Position numbers and translations under genes: made by a program | In this document: positions 26,038 to 36,929 of the stretch, piece after piece | Layout: every line of letters begins with the position of its first letter | Position numbering within the stretch: the stretch's first letter is position 1 | DNA from: Nageia nagi | Lineage: Eukaryota; Plantae; Pinophyta | NCBI GenBank assembly: GCA_050084985.1 | Contig: JBITNC010000001.1 | Span: 198,214,001-198,278,000, forward strand | DNA: 64,000 nucleotides | Reading direction: 5' to 3' | Notes under the pieces: generated by a model | Seen by the model: only the letters and a program-made list of their open reading frames with translations | The model's database searches: none | Told to the model about the DNA's origin: nothing

Positions 26038-26428
26038 CAAGGTTTCATAGGGATGCATCCCCTCCTTTGCGAAAGGCATCCCCTACATTTCCCTATGTCA
26101 AGGACTTGGGGACACCATGGGGAACACCTAGAACTACCCTCCTCTAGCTAGCCACAACTAGCCACTTTCAAAAGAAAAAAACTCTCTAAAATTAAAGAAA
26201 AAAGGTGCAAAATAGATTGGAGATGTCGGTGTCCTTGCCCGCTCCAAACCCTAGAATGAATTAAATATATGCATCTCAAAAAGTTAAAAATTTTGTAAAA
26301 AATTTTACTAGTATTATATTTGTCATTTTTTAGGCATCCCCCAAAATTGGTTCATCATCTTGTACCATCCCCAAAAACACATTTCCCTGTACCCACATAC
26401 CCTCATTTTTGATACATGAGTAACCTTG
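26038..26428. mobile_element. hAT-type MITE in the RT of Copia B
   Basis: TIR CAAGGTT...AACCTTG, 8 bp TSD aactacac/gactacac, repeated subterminal CATCCCC motifs. The RT frame GI(N/D)YT|ETFS rejoins on removal. Confidence 0.85.
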
Positions 26429-27920
26429 GACTACACTGAGACTTTTTCCCTTATAGCCAAGATGGATTTTGTTCGGCTTGTACTTGCCCTTGCTGCTTCC
26501 CAAAGTTGGTTAGTTTTCCAAATGGATGTGAAGAATGTTTTTCTGCATGGAGATTTACAAGAGGAGATCTATATGAAGCATCCCCTAGTTTTGTTCAGGA
26601 TTCTTACCTTGTTTGTAGACTACGAAGGTCACTCTATGGTCTCAAACACTCCTCAAGCATGGTATGAGATGGATTTTTTTCTTCTCTCTACTAGTTTCAT
26701 TCAATGTGCTTCAAATACTACAGTCTATATCTAGCAAGATAGAGATGACATCACTCTTCTTATTCTTTATGTTGATGATTTGCTACTCACTAGTAGCTCT
26801 CATTCTCACATTCATATGGTTCAACGAGCACTTCTTGAGAGGTTTGAAATGGCAAACCTAGGTTTGGCACATTGCTTCCTTGGATTCCAAATCACTCAAT
26901 CTGATTTCGAGATTTCCTTATGCCAGTAGAAGTATACTTTCGATCTTCTATAGCGATTTAGGATCGTTGACTGCATCACCTACCCCCTTTCGGTTTAGAT
27001 TCACATTCACTTCCACTTGTATTTCACCTTCTTGTGATGCCACTTGTAAAGATAGTAAGGAGTCTTTTGAACCTCATCCACACCTGCCTTGTTATTTCTT
27101 ATGCAGTTGGATTAGTCTCTACATTTTCCAAGGATCTTCATGAGAGTCATTGGCAAGCAGCCACATGAGTTCTTCCTATCTGAGAGGCACTACCCATTTT
27201 GGCTTACATTATGGGTGAGGTTCTACAAATTTGGTGGGTTATACAAATTCAAATTGGATAGAATCAGTTGATGACAAGCATTTCACCTCCAATTATGTCT
27301 TTTACCTTGGTTCTTCTCCAGTTGCTTGGTCATGCAAGAAGCAACAGGATGTTGCATTACCATCTACAAAGGCAAAGTACAGGGCAGTTGCTACAGCCAG
27401 TTACGAGGCTCTCTTTGGCTTTGTCAATTGTTGACCAAGTTTAGCTTCTCCCAGGTTCAGCCTACAATACTTTGGTGTGACAACTAGAGTACCATTCACA
27501 TTTCTCACAATCCTAGTGAGCATCAGCGTACCAAGCATATTGAGGTTCACATGCACTTCATTTGGTAGCATATTTAGAATGGAGTTCTCAGCTTAGAGTA
27601 TATCCAGACTTAGCAGCAAATTGCATATTTCTTTACGAAACCCTTTGCATCTCCTTGCTATCTTCAGCTGCATGAATTGCTTGAGGTGATTGAAGTTGTC
27701 CTTGCGGGGTATTGATGAGGACCTCTTCCTCTTCATTCTCCTTTTCTCTTCTTTCTCTACTGTCAGATGTTTTTTTTCCCATGTGTTGTTTTCATCATCT
27801 TCAGCAGAGTTTTCTAGATATATTGTACATGAGTATCTAATCAGGCCTTGTTGTTGAAACTCATACTTGTGGATATGCCACTTGTATTTTGTTACCTCAT
27901 AGTATCACTTAAGGGGAAGA

Positions 27921-28235
27921 TGTTAGAGTAAAGTTTATTAACTGAAGTATCTACTAAGATATTAGTGAATATCTTATTTCTTACTTTTTTTGGTAATTAT
28001 TTTCTTGTGGATAAGATCCATCCGACTATTATTAGCAAATTGTTTGTTATGATTCAGTGGCTTAGATGATGCCTGGTTTTTATGATTCGATGGCTCATAT
28101 TGTACACACTTGCTATTTAAGCAAGATCTTTCTCATGGAATAATTTATCAATTTTTTTATCCTCCATTTTTTGTGATGCTCAGTGATTCTCATTCTTGGG
28201 CTTGGAATTATGTTTTTTGCCTTTGGCCACTTTCA
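27921..28235 (+). repeat. 3' LTR of Copia B
   Basis: Preceded by a PPT, TG...CA termini, followed by TSD aagat. Confidence 0.92.
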
Positions 28236-28240
28236 AAGAT

Positions 28241-29549
28241 AGGCAAAATTCCTTGATCTAGCAGAACTCCCATGCAGCTTCAACAGCTTCTCATCCTCCC
28301 CTCCAATCATAACAATCTTGTTGTCAGAAATCCTTATCTCCACCCTGCCATCGATTGTATGAATAGAATATCATTGTTATTGAATGAGCACAAAAGATAA
28401 CAAGTTCCTTCGTAGTTCAAAAAGATAGAGAACATCACGAAGTACGTCTGAAAATTCTAGCAATTCGAGTCTTACAATACTAAGACCTGAGGGTTTGATG
28501 GTTTAATATTGGGTCTATCAACAAAGTACACTACTCCATCGATGTTATCATTCATTTCTACAAAAAAATCCCTATGAAAGCTCATATGACATGTAGCACT
28601 AGTATCAAGCAACCAAGCATCTTCCCAAGATGCAAATGAAGTACTGAGCATATCATTAATATCAACATTACATTAAGCAATAAAAGAATGAGCAGAATCA
28701 AAATTCTTACTCTTACCATTACGATGCTCCCTCTTCTCTTTGTTTTCTTTTATCTTCTCCCATGGAGTCCAACAAGTACTTGAGTCATGCCCCTTTTTGT
28801 CACATCGGACACAATGAAGATTATCTTCTTTCCTCAATCACCTTGATTTTGTCTACCCCCCTTCCTCACAAATTCTTTCTACCACGACCATGTTTGTTTT
28901 CTCCTCAAGAAGAATCGTATGCTTGATTCTTTCCCTTTTGAACAATGCATAAAGTATCTTTGAAAGGTTCTACAATATTCTTCCCTAATGCCTTCTCACG
29001 TTCTACAATCTTATCTGCTAATGTTTCAAGCATGAGGGCATTCAATTCTCCACTTGCTTGAAGAGACGCAAGATAATGGGAATATGTGAGGTAGAAAGTC
29101 TTGGAGGCAAGAACAATATCAATTTTTACACCTATAGAATTAATGTCATGCATAATGGCTCTAATTTCAAAAATCAACACCATGGAATCATTATCTTTCA
29201 ACTCTAGGTGGAAAAGCTTCAATTGTAACTAGATCAATTCAAATTCAAAATGGGAGTCACATAAATCTTTCAACTTTTTCAAAGCATTCCATGTATCAAT
29301 AATGGAGTTGATGCGACGATTAACTTCTTCACTAGTCGAAGCAACAATTAAGGCATATGCTTTGTTATTTTTATGATTCCAAACCACAAGCTCCTTGACA
29401 TCAGTTAATTTGGTGGGCAGATTATCTCCATCATAAATAACCTCCCAAAAATCATTGAAAATGACAGTATGTTTCATTTTTCTAGACCACTTTGACCAAT
29501 TCTCTTTACCAGTTAACACAACACCAACAATGGATATAAGAGAATGCAT
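28241..29549 (-). pseudogene. Copia A gag and protease remnant
   Basis: LTGKENWSKWSRKMK, KAYALIVAS, WNALKKL; Zn knuckle CVRCDKKGHDSSTC near 28780-28815; PR AWLLDTSATCHM near 28590-28620. Confidence 0.92.
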
Positions 29550-30120
29550 TTGTACAAAACTTCAAACTTTTAAAAAAATTCAAAATGTCTTTGCTCCAAA
29601 AATTTTACAATATTTCTTTAGGAGTAGATTCCTCAAGTCTTAACAACATGATCCTCAAACTGAATTCAAATTGTAGTCTCCAAAATTTTGATACCAATGT
29701 AAATATGTCAAGCCTTTTCTATTAACTCCAAGTAAAAAGAATTTTACCCAAAACAGAGCAATATTATGCAAGTTATGTCAAAAACACTATTCAAAATTTG
29801 AAGAGGCTTTAAAAATACCAAAACACTTCACTGGTCAATTGGCGGTCAATAAGTACGTTGGGCAGTTAATTGATGATGTTCACAAGCTAACTGATAAGGC
29901 AAGTCCACAATGAGCTAGCAGGGGCACACAACAATCCACAAAAAAGAGGTGAAAGAGTCCATGACATCCACGTTGTGCTGACAAGAGTCCACGTTGGGCG
30001 CGAGGTACAAAAACCCACAACAAGGTCCAACAAATCTTTGATGGATCCACCATGGAAAAAAGAAGTGCAAAGCAAGTACATGCACATGTAGAGCTTTCCC
30101 CACACGGGTCCAAGGTCATG

Positions 30121-31388
30121 ACTTCCACACTCCACGAGGACACAAATGGCAGTTATTTCCATACTAAAAGGTAGGATACGAATTATCGCCAATGAAAGGT
30201 TGAGCCTAACTTGGTAGAGGGAAAAACACCAATATCCAAAATGCAAGGGTCTTCAAATGGCAAAATAATATGGCAACTTCCAAAGGTCATAACTTTTGGT
30301 CCGAAACTCATTTTCAACCCATTTTTGTTTCAAAGCGTGTAGAATTGAAAAATCTATAATTCTATCACATCTCCCGAGGGAGACATTATTGAAGTCCTAA
30401 ACCGTCCACCTTGTGGCTGAAATTAGCTAGAGAAGATAAAGTTGCCAAATAAGAATGAATTGGCAATGTGATCATCCTTAGCTCCTTCAAATGTTATAAA
30501 AGGAGGGTTTTAGGATGTGTAAAAAAAAAGAAAAAAAAATCCTGATGAGATGTAGCTCTTGGAGAGAAATATCCCAAAGGGCATTTGATGTAGGTTTTGT
30601 GAATGTAGAAAACTCCATTTTGTTTTAAAGTCCATGGACAATATCATAGCCATAAGAGTAAATGGTGGAGGAGCATCATAGAATCTGCATATTGTGTATA
30701 ACTCCATGAGGGGTTTAGTAAATTATGTAGAGATAGATCGCCTAGTGGGGATAGTGGCAATCACATCAGGAATGAGATTTTTGTATGTGGCAAATGCATC
30801 AATATGTTATTTCTACGTTTCATTATTTTCTGAGGATTGATCGTCTAGGAGTGGGGGTTAGCCAGAGAATCCTACATGCTTGGGTGATCAATATGATCCA
30901 ATAAATTCTGGCAGTTTCATATTTGATTTCGTTGATTTTGGAGGAGAAAGAGAGCATGGAAGCTGGAAAATGCGAATGTCCAGAAAATAGAGGCAGCATT
31001 CAGTATCTCCATGATTGTAAGCTTCATCCTTATCAATAAAAAAATCAAAGAAAAAAGATCATTTTGGAAGGGGATGTACTCTCAAAACAAAAAGAGGAAC
31101 CTCTATAAAATCCTTACATTTTTTGTGTGGATTTGGATAATTATTTCCATTTTGTGCATATTAAGAACATAGAGAACGTAAAAGATGATAATTCCATAAA
31201 TCTGTATGTGATGTTTTCTTGAGAGCTATAAGTTCCAGAAAATTACAGATCACTTACACACTCCATGAGGACACAAATGGCAGTTGTTTCCATACTAAAA
31301 GGCAGGACACAAATTATCCCCACTGAAAGGTTGAACTTGACTTGGTAGAGGGAAAAACACCAATATCCAAAATGCAGGGGTCTTCAAA
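30121..31388. repeat. Dispersed ~137 bp direct repeat in the 5' region of Copia A (30121-30257 and 31252-31388)
   Basis: cacactcca(c/t)gaggacacaaatggcagtt...caccaatatccaaaatgca(a/g)gggtcttcaaa occurs twice. Confidence 0.88.
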
Positions 31389-31741
31389 CAGCACAATGTT
31401 GTGAGCCCACAACTGACGTAGCAAAGGCAAATATGAAACAACCAATATTCCCAAAACGCAATATTCCCAAAAATGCATGGACAAAGACAGTCACCATAAA
31501 CCCTACGCACAAAAATATTTCAACCTCTAATTTTTTCTATCATTGAGCTTCAAAATATACAAACTAATATATGAAATCAATCAGCAACAAAATGGATACT
31601 CGAAAATGGTGTTAGAAATGGATTTCACAGCACGGAATCTAAGAAAACAAGGGGCAAAGATTTTGAAAACAAAATGGACAGAGTTTTGTCATTGATTGCG
31701 TGGAGTTAAAGCAGAAAATTTGATCTTGACTTTGATAGAAA

Positions 31742-32012
31742 TGTAAAGATGTCAGGCCTTGTCTATTAACTCTCCAAGCAAAAGTTGCGAAGAAGATACA
31801 AAACACAACTAAATACATCAAAGAAAATGACACTTTGGATTCACCTTCCACGGGTGACCATTGGAGTTCTCAATGACTCTTCAACTCCACCTACCTATGA
31901 CTCTTAAACTTCCTCAAAGGCACACATACGAATTTACTATTTTTAGACAATATTCCTAATGTCATTACTAATATTACAAATACCGTAATCCCTAAGGATT
32001 ATGTTTCTAACA
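31742..32012 (-). repeat. 5' LTR of Copia A
   Basis: Matches 3498-3766; followed by TSD gcaag; degenerate PBS revcomp CTTTGATAGAA immediately before it. Confidence 0.92.
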
Positions 32013-33413
32013 GCAAGGGATATCCAGAAAACAAGTTAAGAATCTCTGAGCTGATTGCAGACCCCAACAATCATGGTGATGATGGCTGACCAGAGTCAAT
32101 ATCAGGAAATATGATTTAATTGGAAGAAGAGGATAAGATAGCATGCTAGACTGCTAAAATGGTGCAGACTGGAAATGCATGTTGACAAACAATAGATGCA
32201 CAATGCCATTCAAATGAAGATATTCATAACCGATTTGGTACTATATCAAATGGTGCAAGGTTTGTAGATCCACTTGTACTATTTCAAGAAGATAAGCAAG
32301 AGGGTGCACAACAAGCAACAATTCACCACCAAGGAAGAACAAAAACATCAACCTCTAGTGAAAACATTAATAGAAAGTGAATAAGTGATCATGACAATGA
32401 AATCATTAATTAATTTTATTCAAATATTAAAGCTAACCACATAAAGTACATGAAACAAATTAGGCATTATGGTTCATTTTGCCAAAGCTTCAAAATAATA
32501 TCAATAAAGGATATCTAGCCTGATGAAATACTTTAGAGGTTTATAAAACACTAGCATGTGCTCCTCTATAACCCAGATCCTGCAAGATCATTTTTAAGGA
32601 AGATACTGAATATTCACCAACTCCATGTAACATGCATGATTGCATATGTCTATGGATTTCAAACTGGCCAGATATCCAGTTCAATTGGTAGCAGGGAAAC
32701 AAGATTGAAGCAATCAATTTGATACAAATGCACAAAGGTGTTAATGCTTTGAAAGAGCTTATAGAAAATAAAAATTGAAGTTAAGACTAGACTTATTTTC
32801 ATTTGATTCACAACTTAGTCCAGTCCATTCACTCAATTCTGTGACACATTATTTCTCATGATAAAGCATAAAGTTAAGGCTAGCTTTATTTTCATTTGAT
32901 TCTCAAGTTACATATATGCTGTCAATCTTCCATCTCAATTAGCTTGCACAATCTTACTAGTTCTAAAGTGTGGCGCATTCTGAGCAGAAAACGAAAACCT
33001 AAAGGAAGGGAAAACCTTTTTTATGACCAATATTGCAGTTTTGAACAAGAATAAAAATGAAGGTATTATCTTCCTACAATTACAAGAAGATGGTGCTTGC
33101 CAGCTAATAGCATATTCTTGGCTTGGATGAGAACGTATGGTGAAGACTTGGACATATACAAGAGCTCCCCATCATATCCCATTGAACATAGGATTCTTAT
33201 CATGATTTCTAATTTTCTAACCCAAAAAGATGCCAAAACACAAGATCTACCTACCTCACTGCAATTTCCTGGCTCTATGGCATTGGCATGCACAATCATG
33301 TCTGTCTCAATCATCTAATAGTTCATTGCAGCAATAAAATATTCATAAATTTGTAATGTAGCACATAAGCTCAACTACAATAGATGTGAAACATGAACAT
33401 GGATAAATCTTAC

Positions 33414-33560
33414 AACTTGAACAATAATGAAAATGGCTGTATGGTCTCTTATAACAAGCAGCTGGAATTTTAACCTTGACCACCATCGATCAGGTGGTAT
33501 GTTTGCACGCAAATAGAACATTGCCCTGCATTCCGTACAGTGTGCAAAAGCAAAGCCCTC
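33414..33560 (-). CDS. RING-CH (RINGv) membrane protein, coding exon 3
   Basis: cag|EGFAFAHCTECRAMFYLRANIPPDRWWSRLKFQLLVIRDHTAIFIIVQV|gtaag; 147 nt, phase 0/0. Last two RING cysteines, then the start of a hydrophobic segment. Confidence 0.93.
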
Positions 33561-34021
33561 CTGAATTCATTTATCAAGTGCACTTAATTAATCTTTTTGT
33601 ATAACATTAGGTATAACTAATTACAACTTATAAAGAACTGTTTGTCAAAGACAAGCTCCATGGAGAACAGAAATACAATGCACAGCAGCTACAAATTCTA
33701 ATAATAGAAAATAAACCAGCACCTTCAAGAAATTGCTTGGCAATTGCAAACCAAATTATCATACAAACAATCTTCTTGCTTGTTTTCTCTCAACCATTCA
33801 CTACAAAGCTATAGATTGTTTCCTCCAAAGGCCATCTATGCCCATGCATTATCGTTTTATTTCTTGGTTTAAGTCAAAAGCATAATCACCAGAAAACAAC
33901 AGACTTTTATCTCAGACATCTTGAGAATAGTCCCAGTCATGCACAAGTATGAACCATAATGATTTCAACCTCAGTCTTCAAGCTAAATAATCTTAAACAA
34001 GAAAGGAAAATCAATCATCAC

Positions 34022-34107
34022 CTTGGCTGCTCTCCAATTATCAAGGCATGATCGATGGACAAACTTTTGGGTGCCTTTACAGCGGCATGGTGCAATCAAA
34101 TCCTCAC
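34022..34107 (-). CDS. RING-CH (RINGv) membrane protein, coding exon 2
   Basis: tag|(G)EDLIAPCRCKGTQKFVHRSCLDNWRAAK|gtgat; 86 nt, phase-compatible with both neighbours; classic RINGv PCxCKG...VHxxCL..W. Confidence 0.95.
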
Positions 34108-34345
34108 CTACAAACTCAATAAGTGTATCAATGGATGGCTTAGAAGGATCAAGATGGATTTTTATGTCCTAAATACTCAATTTTTTACGTTGCCCAAATT
34201 AGTCTGCCAGGATACCAATCCAGTGCTTTTGTTGTGAGATATTTGTTTGCTTGTTTAATTCTTTGAATATGGCCAGAAGATTTAATATTAAAAACAATAT
34301 CCCTTTACAGGCAAATGGACCAGGATAGTAGATGAAGAAAATCAC

Positions 34346-34607
34346 CTCCAATGTCAAGGCAAATTCGGCATTGTGGTTGATCAATATTGCCTGAGTCACT
34401 CTCTTCATCTCTAAACCCAAGAGTTTTAAGGCCTGTATGTACAAGAGCTATATCGCCTGATAGCAATCCATTCTCACTTGAGGAGCTAGCTCCATCATCT
34501 ATATAATCAACAGTTGCATGACATAGAATGGGCTCAGTATCCCTTGTATCTTCTTCTCTATCTTCATCTGATGACAGTTGTATACCGTCATTTTCTCTAG
34601 TCATCAT
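34346..34607 (-). CDS. RING-CH (RINGv, C4HC3) putative E3 ubiquitin ligase, coding exon 1; from memory resembles the Arabidopsis At1g50440-type family
   Basis: MMTRENDGIQLSSDED...NIDQPQCRICLDIG(G)|gtgat. The spliced product gives CRIC..CRC..HRSC..CTEC. C-terminal exons were not found in the window. Confidence 0.92.
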
Positions 34608-35939
34608 AAAAGCACATCAAAGAGGAGTATGATTATTCAAAGATGTATACTTGGCAATAATGATATTTAACGATCGATATGAGCTGAAATACAGATAACG
34701 TAATACTTTGAACAGTGAAAGACCTGCCAAATGAAAGAAAACAAAATCACATTACAAGTTAGATGATACAGAAAAAGTAGAAACGTTAAAATATTTCTGT
34801 GCTGTGTCATTATAGCCAACCTCAGAAATTAAAGAAGCAAGGAAATAACAAACATGGGAAACCCTAAACAAAGGACAAACACATTTCTTACAGTGAAAGG
34901 ACATGGGGTCCAAAAAGAGCATTTAAACTATTTGAACATGTTTTCCAACAAGTTATAGCTTTTCCATCATATTCTCAATCAGACACCAAATATTAGCAAG
35001 AAATGACTATATCTATTAATTTCTTTCATGTAGAGTTTGCTTCTAATATTTGAAGTACAATTTACCATACAATATGAAACCTTATTGATTAATTAATGGT
35101 AACAATATGATATTGAGAACCAAAGCACTGTAAAAACAAGTTAACACATGCTTTTCGCAATAAAACTTTTTCCAATACCAAATATATGACTGTCACCATC
35201 TAAGATGCTGTTATGCAAAATATGGAAGTTCAATTCAAAACAACAGATGCAGAGAGATATATGAATACATCCCCAAGGGCCAATACGTTGATCCAGTTCA
35301 AAAAATGAAGATAGGTTATCAACATTCTATACAGAACATTAGGTTTAAGATAGATCTCCGCAGTGTGCCTTAGGATGTTGCATAATTCTGTGTTGCTTTG
35401 CAAAAATGAATCAACATTACTTGTGTAAATTTCAAATTGACAATACTGATATAGTAGTGTTTAAGCCTAACATAGTTCCAACATTTTGCATGCAAAGGTT
35501 CTGGTGGAACCCTGTTTCTTGCTAATGTTTCCAGCGAATGGCGAAAGACAACCCCCCCTCCTTGGTGAATCATAAATTATCTCCACCAATTTCACAATAG
35601 TACAAGTTCTGACAACTATGAAGCTCACTAGCCTGTAACAATCCCTTCAAAGTCCCAATGCCTAAAAGAATTCTGTAATCATCGGCATGATGAAATCCAT
35701 TAGCAGATTCATCCTGCATAAAACCAAAATTTCCTCGTCTTTTACACAGCCCTGAACTCCGTATTCTGTGGAACTGCTGAGATCTATAATGTTGTTTAAG
35801 TCAATATTCTGGGCAATTTGACTTGTAGTATTTTGTGCTGTGCGGCCATAATTGTAATTCAAGCATCCCTTCACAATAACTTCCTCTTACCCAACTAAAA
35901 TGTATAAAATGAATCAGAGTTTAAAGAATTGAAACATAC

Positions 35940-36100
35940 CTCATCTGTCTATCCATTTCAGCTGCAAGGAAGGCACTGGCGTTGACCTTCCATCTCTCTC
36001 TCTAATGCTGATGCCCCTTCTCCTTCCCCTTGAAAATCAAATTCATTTTGTCCTCCTTGTCCTTCTCAACCTCAAATAAAAACTGGTGGTTAACATTTGA
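35940..36100 (-). other. Probable 5' UTR exon of the RING-CH gene
   Basis: Strong donor GAG|GTATGT at 35940/35939 and a GA-rich leader. Acceptor candidates TTTGGCAG| at 34724 and ATTTCAG| at 34684. The 5' end is approximate. Confidence 0.55.
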
Positions 36101-36625
36101 AACTTCGTCCACTGTGGAATAGCCTAGCTTTGGACATTCCTTATTAAATTAGAGATCTAACGTATAATTTGTACACTTCACGGAGAAACAGAAGAAATGA
36201 ATGAAATTCTCTCATGCTGGTTGAGTTGGTCATGTTGGGGCCCTCTTTCATCCATCAAGAGTGATACAATGTACTTTCTTCATTTGTTCTATAGACAGCT
36301 CTTGATCTCCGGCGGATATTAATAAATTTTTTTTCTTTCTTTCTTGGGAAGTTAACCCATTTGATTCAAACAAAATAATTATATTATTGGTGTTACTAAA
36401 TTTAATTAAATGAAAGTTTTTTGTTTTATTGGATTTTTTTCAAATTTTATGCTTTGAAATATGTTATAATAAAATTGTTATAATATTTCTTTCATATGTA
36501 CTTTCAATTGTAAAACTAAATTAATTTATATGAATCTAACTAATGTTTCCTTAATTAATATCATCTTAGCTTGCATATCAAGAATAAATACCATCTAAAA
36601 AATACTTAACAAAGTTAAATTATTT

Positions 36626-36929
36626 GTCCATCCACATTAGGATAGTTGGAGAAATGTTAGGAATGCTCCACATTAGGATAGTTGGAGAAATGTTAGGAAT
36701 GCTCCACATTAGGATAGTTGGAGAAATGTTGGGAATGCTCCAAGGGAAGCCCTAGTTCAAATCCTTGCTCTAACATGTGGAGGAGATCCAAAAATCTTGT
36801 AGAAATTGCAAGTGTAGTTGGGGCCAAGTGCAAGTCGTGGGTATTCTTTGACATAATATATACCCCTCAATTGTGGCTTCTTAGGCCAAGGTAACCCTAC
36901 AAGGGTTTTTTTCGTTGAATCAAAAAAAA
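36626..36929 (+). mobile_element. tRNA-derived SINE with a triplicated 36 bp head
   Basis: Three copies of TCCACATTAGGATAGTTGGAGAAATGTT(A/G)GGAATGC (36631, 36667, 36703), each with A-box-like TAGGATAGTTGG, then B-box-like GTTCAAATCC at ~36755. A-tail at ~36922-36929. Degenerate TSD aaagttaaattattt / aatgttgaactattt. Confidence 0.65.

Larger units (their letters stand above)
21296..27715 (+). pseudogene. Copia B gag end, protease, integrase, RT and RNase H, interrupted by solo LTR F and a MITE
   Basis: Zn knuckle CT..CGKSHATPKC; PR WVFDFEATHNMT; FGHLNYKYL; CPGCTLRKQH; LHADNDGEY; PHTP|QQNGLAKRKN; [27 protein letters not shown]; VAWSCKKQ; TKHIEVHMHF. Confidence 0.92.
8462..28235 (+). mobile_element. 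Ty1/Copia LTR retrotransposon B nested in Copia A, degenerate
   Basis: LTRs TGTTAGAGTAAAG...TTTCA at 8462-8782 and 27921-28235. PBS TGGTACCAAAGC at 8783. PPT TTAAGGGGAAGA at 27909-27920. TSD gagat/aagat. Plus-strand order gag-PR-IN-RT-RH. Confidence 0.93.
3498..32012 (-). mobile_element. Ty1/Copia LTR retrotransposon A (outermost element of the nest), degenerate
   Basis: Matching ~270 bp LTRs TGTAAA...CTAACA at 3498-3766 and 31742-32012. TSD gctag/gcaag. PPT (revcomp ATCCCCCCTTA) at 3767-3777. PBS-Met remnant (TTTTGATACCA) just before 29698. Minus-strand order gag-PR-IN-RT-RH. Confidence 0.93.

Noticed and set aside
33066-33314. 82 aa minus-strand ORF just downstream of exon 3 as a possible next exon
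   Set aside because: No resemblance to the expected transmembrane C-terminus of this RING-CH family and no convincing splice sites.
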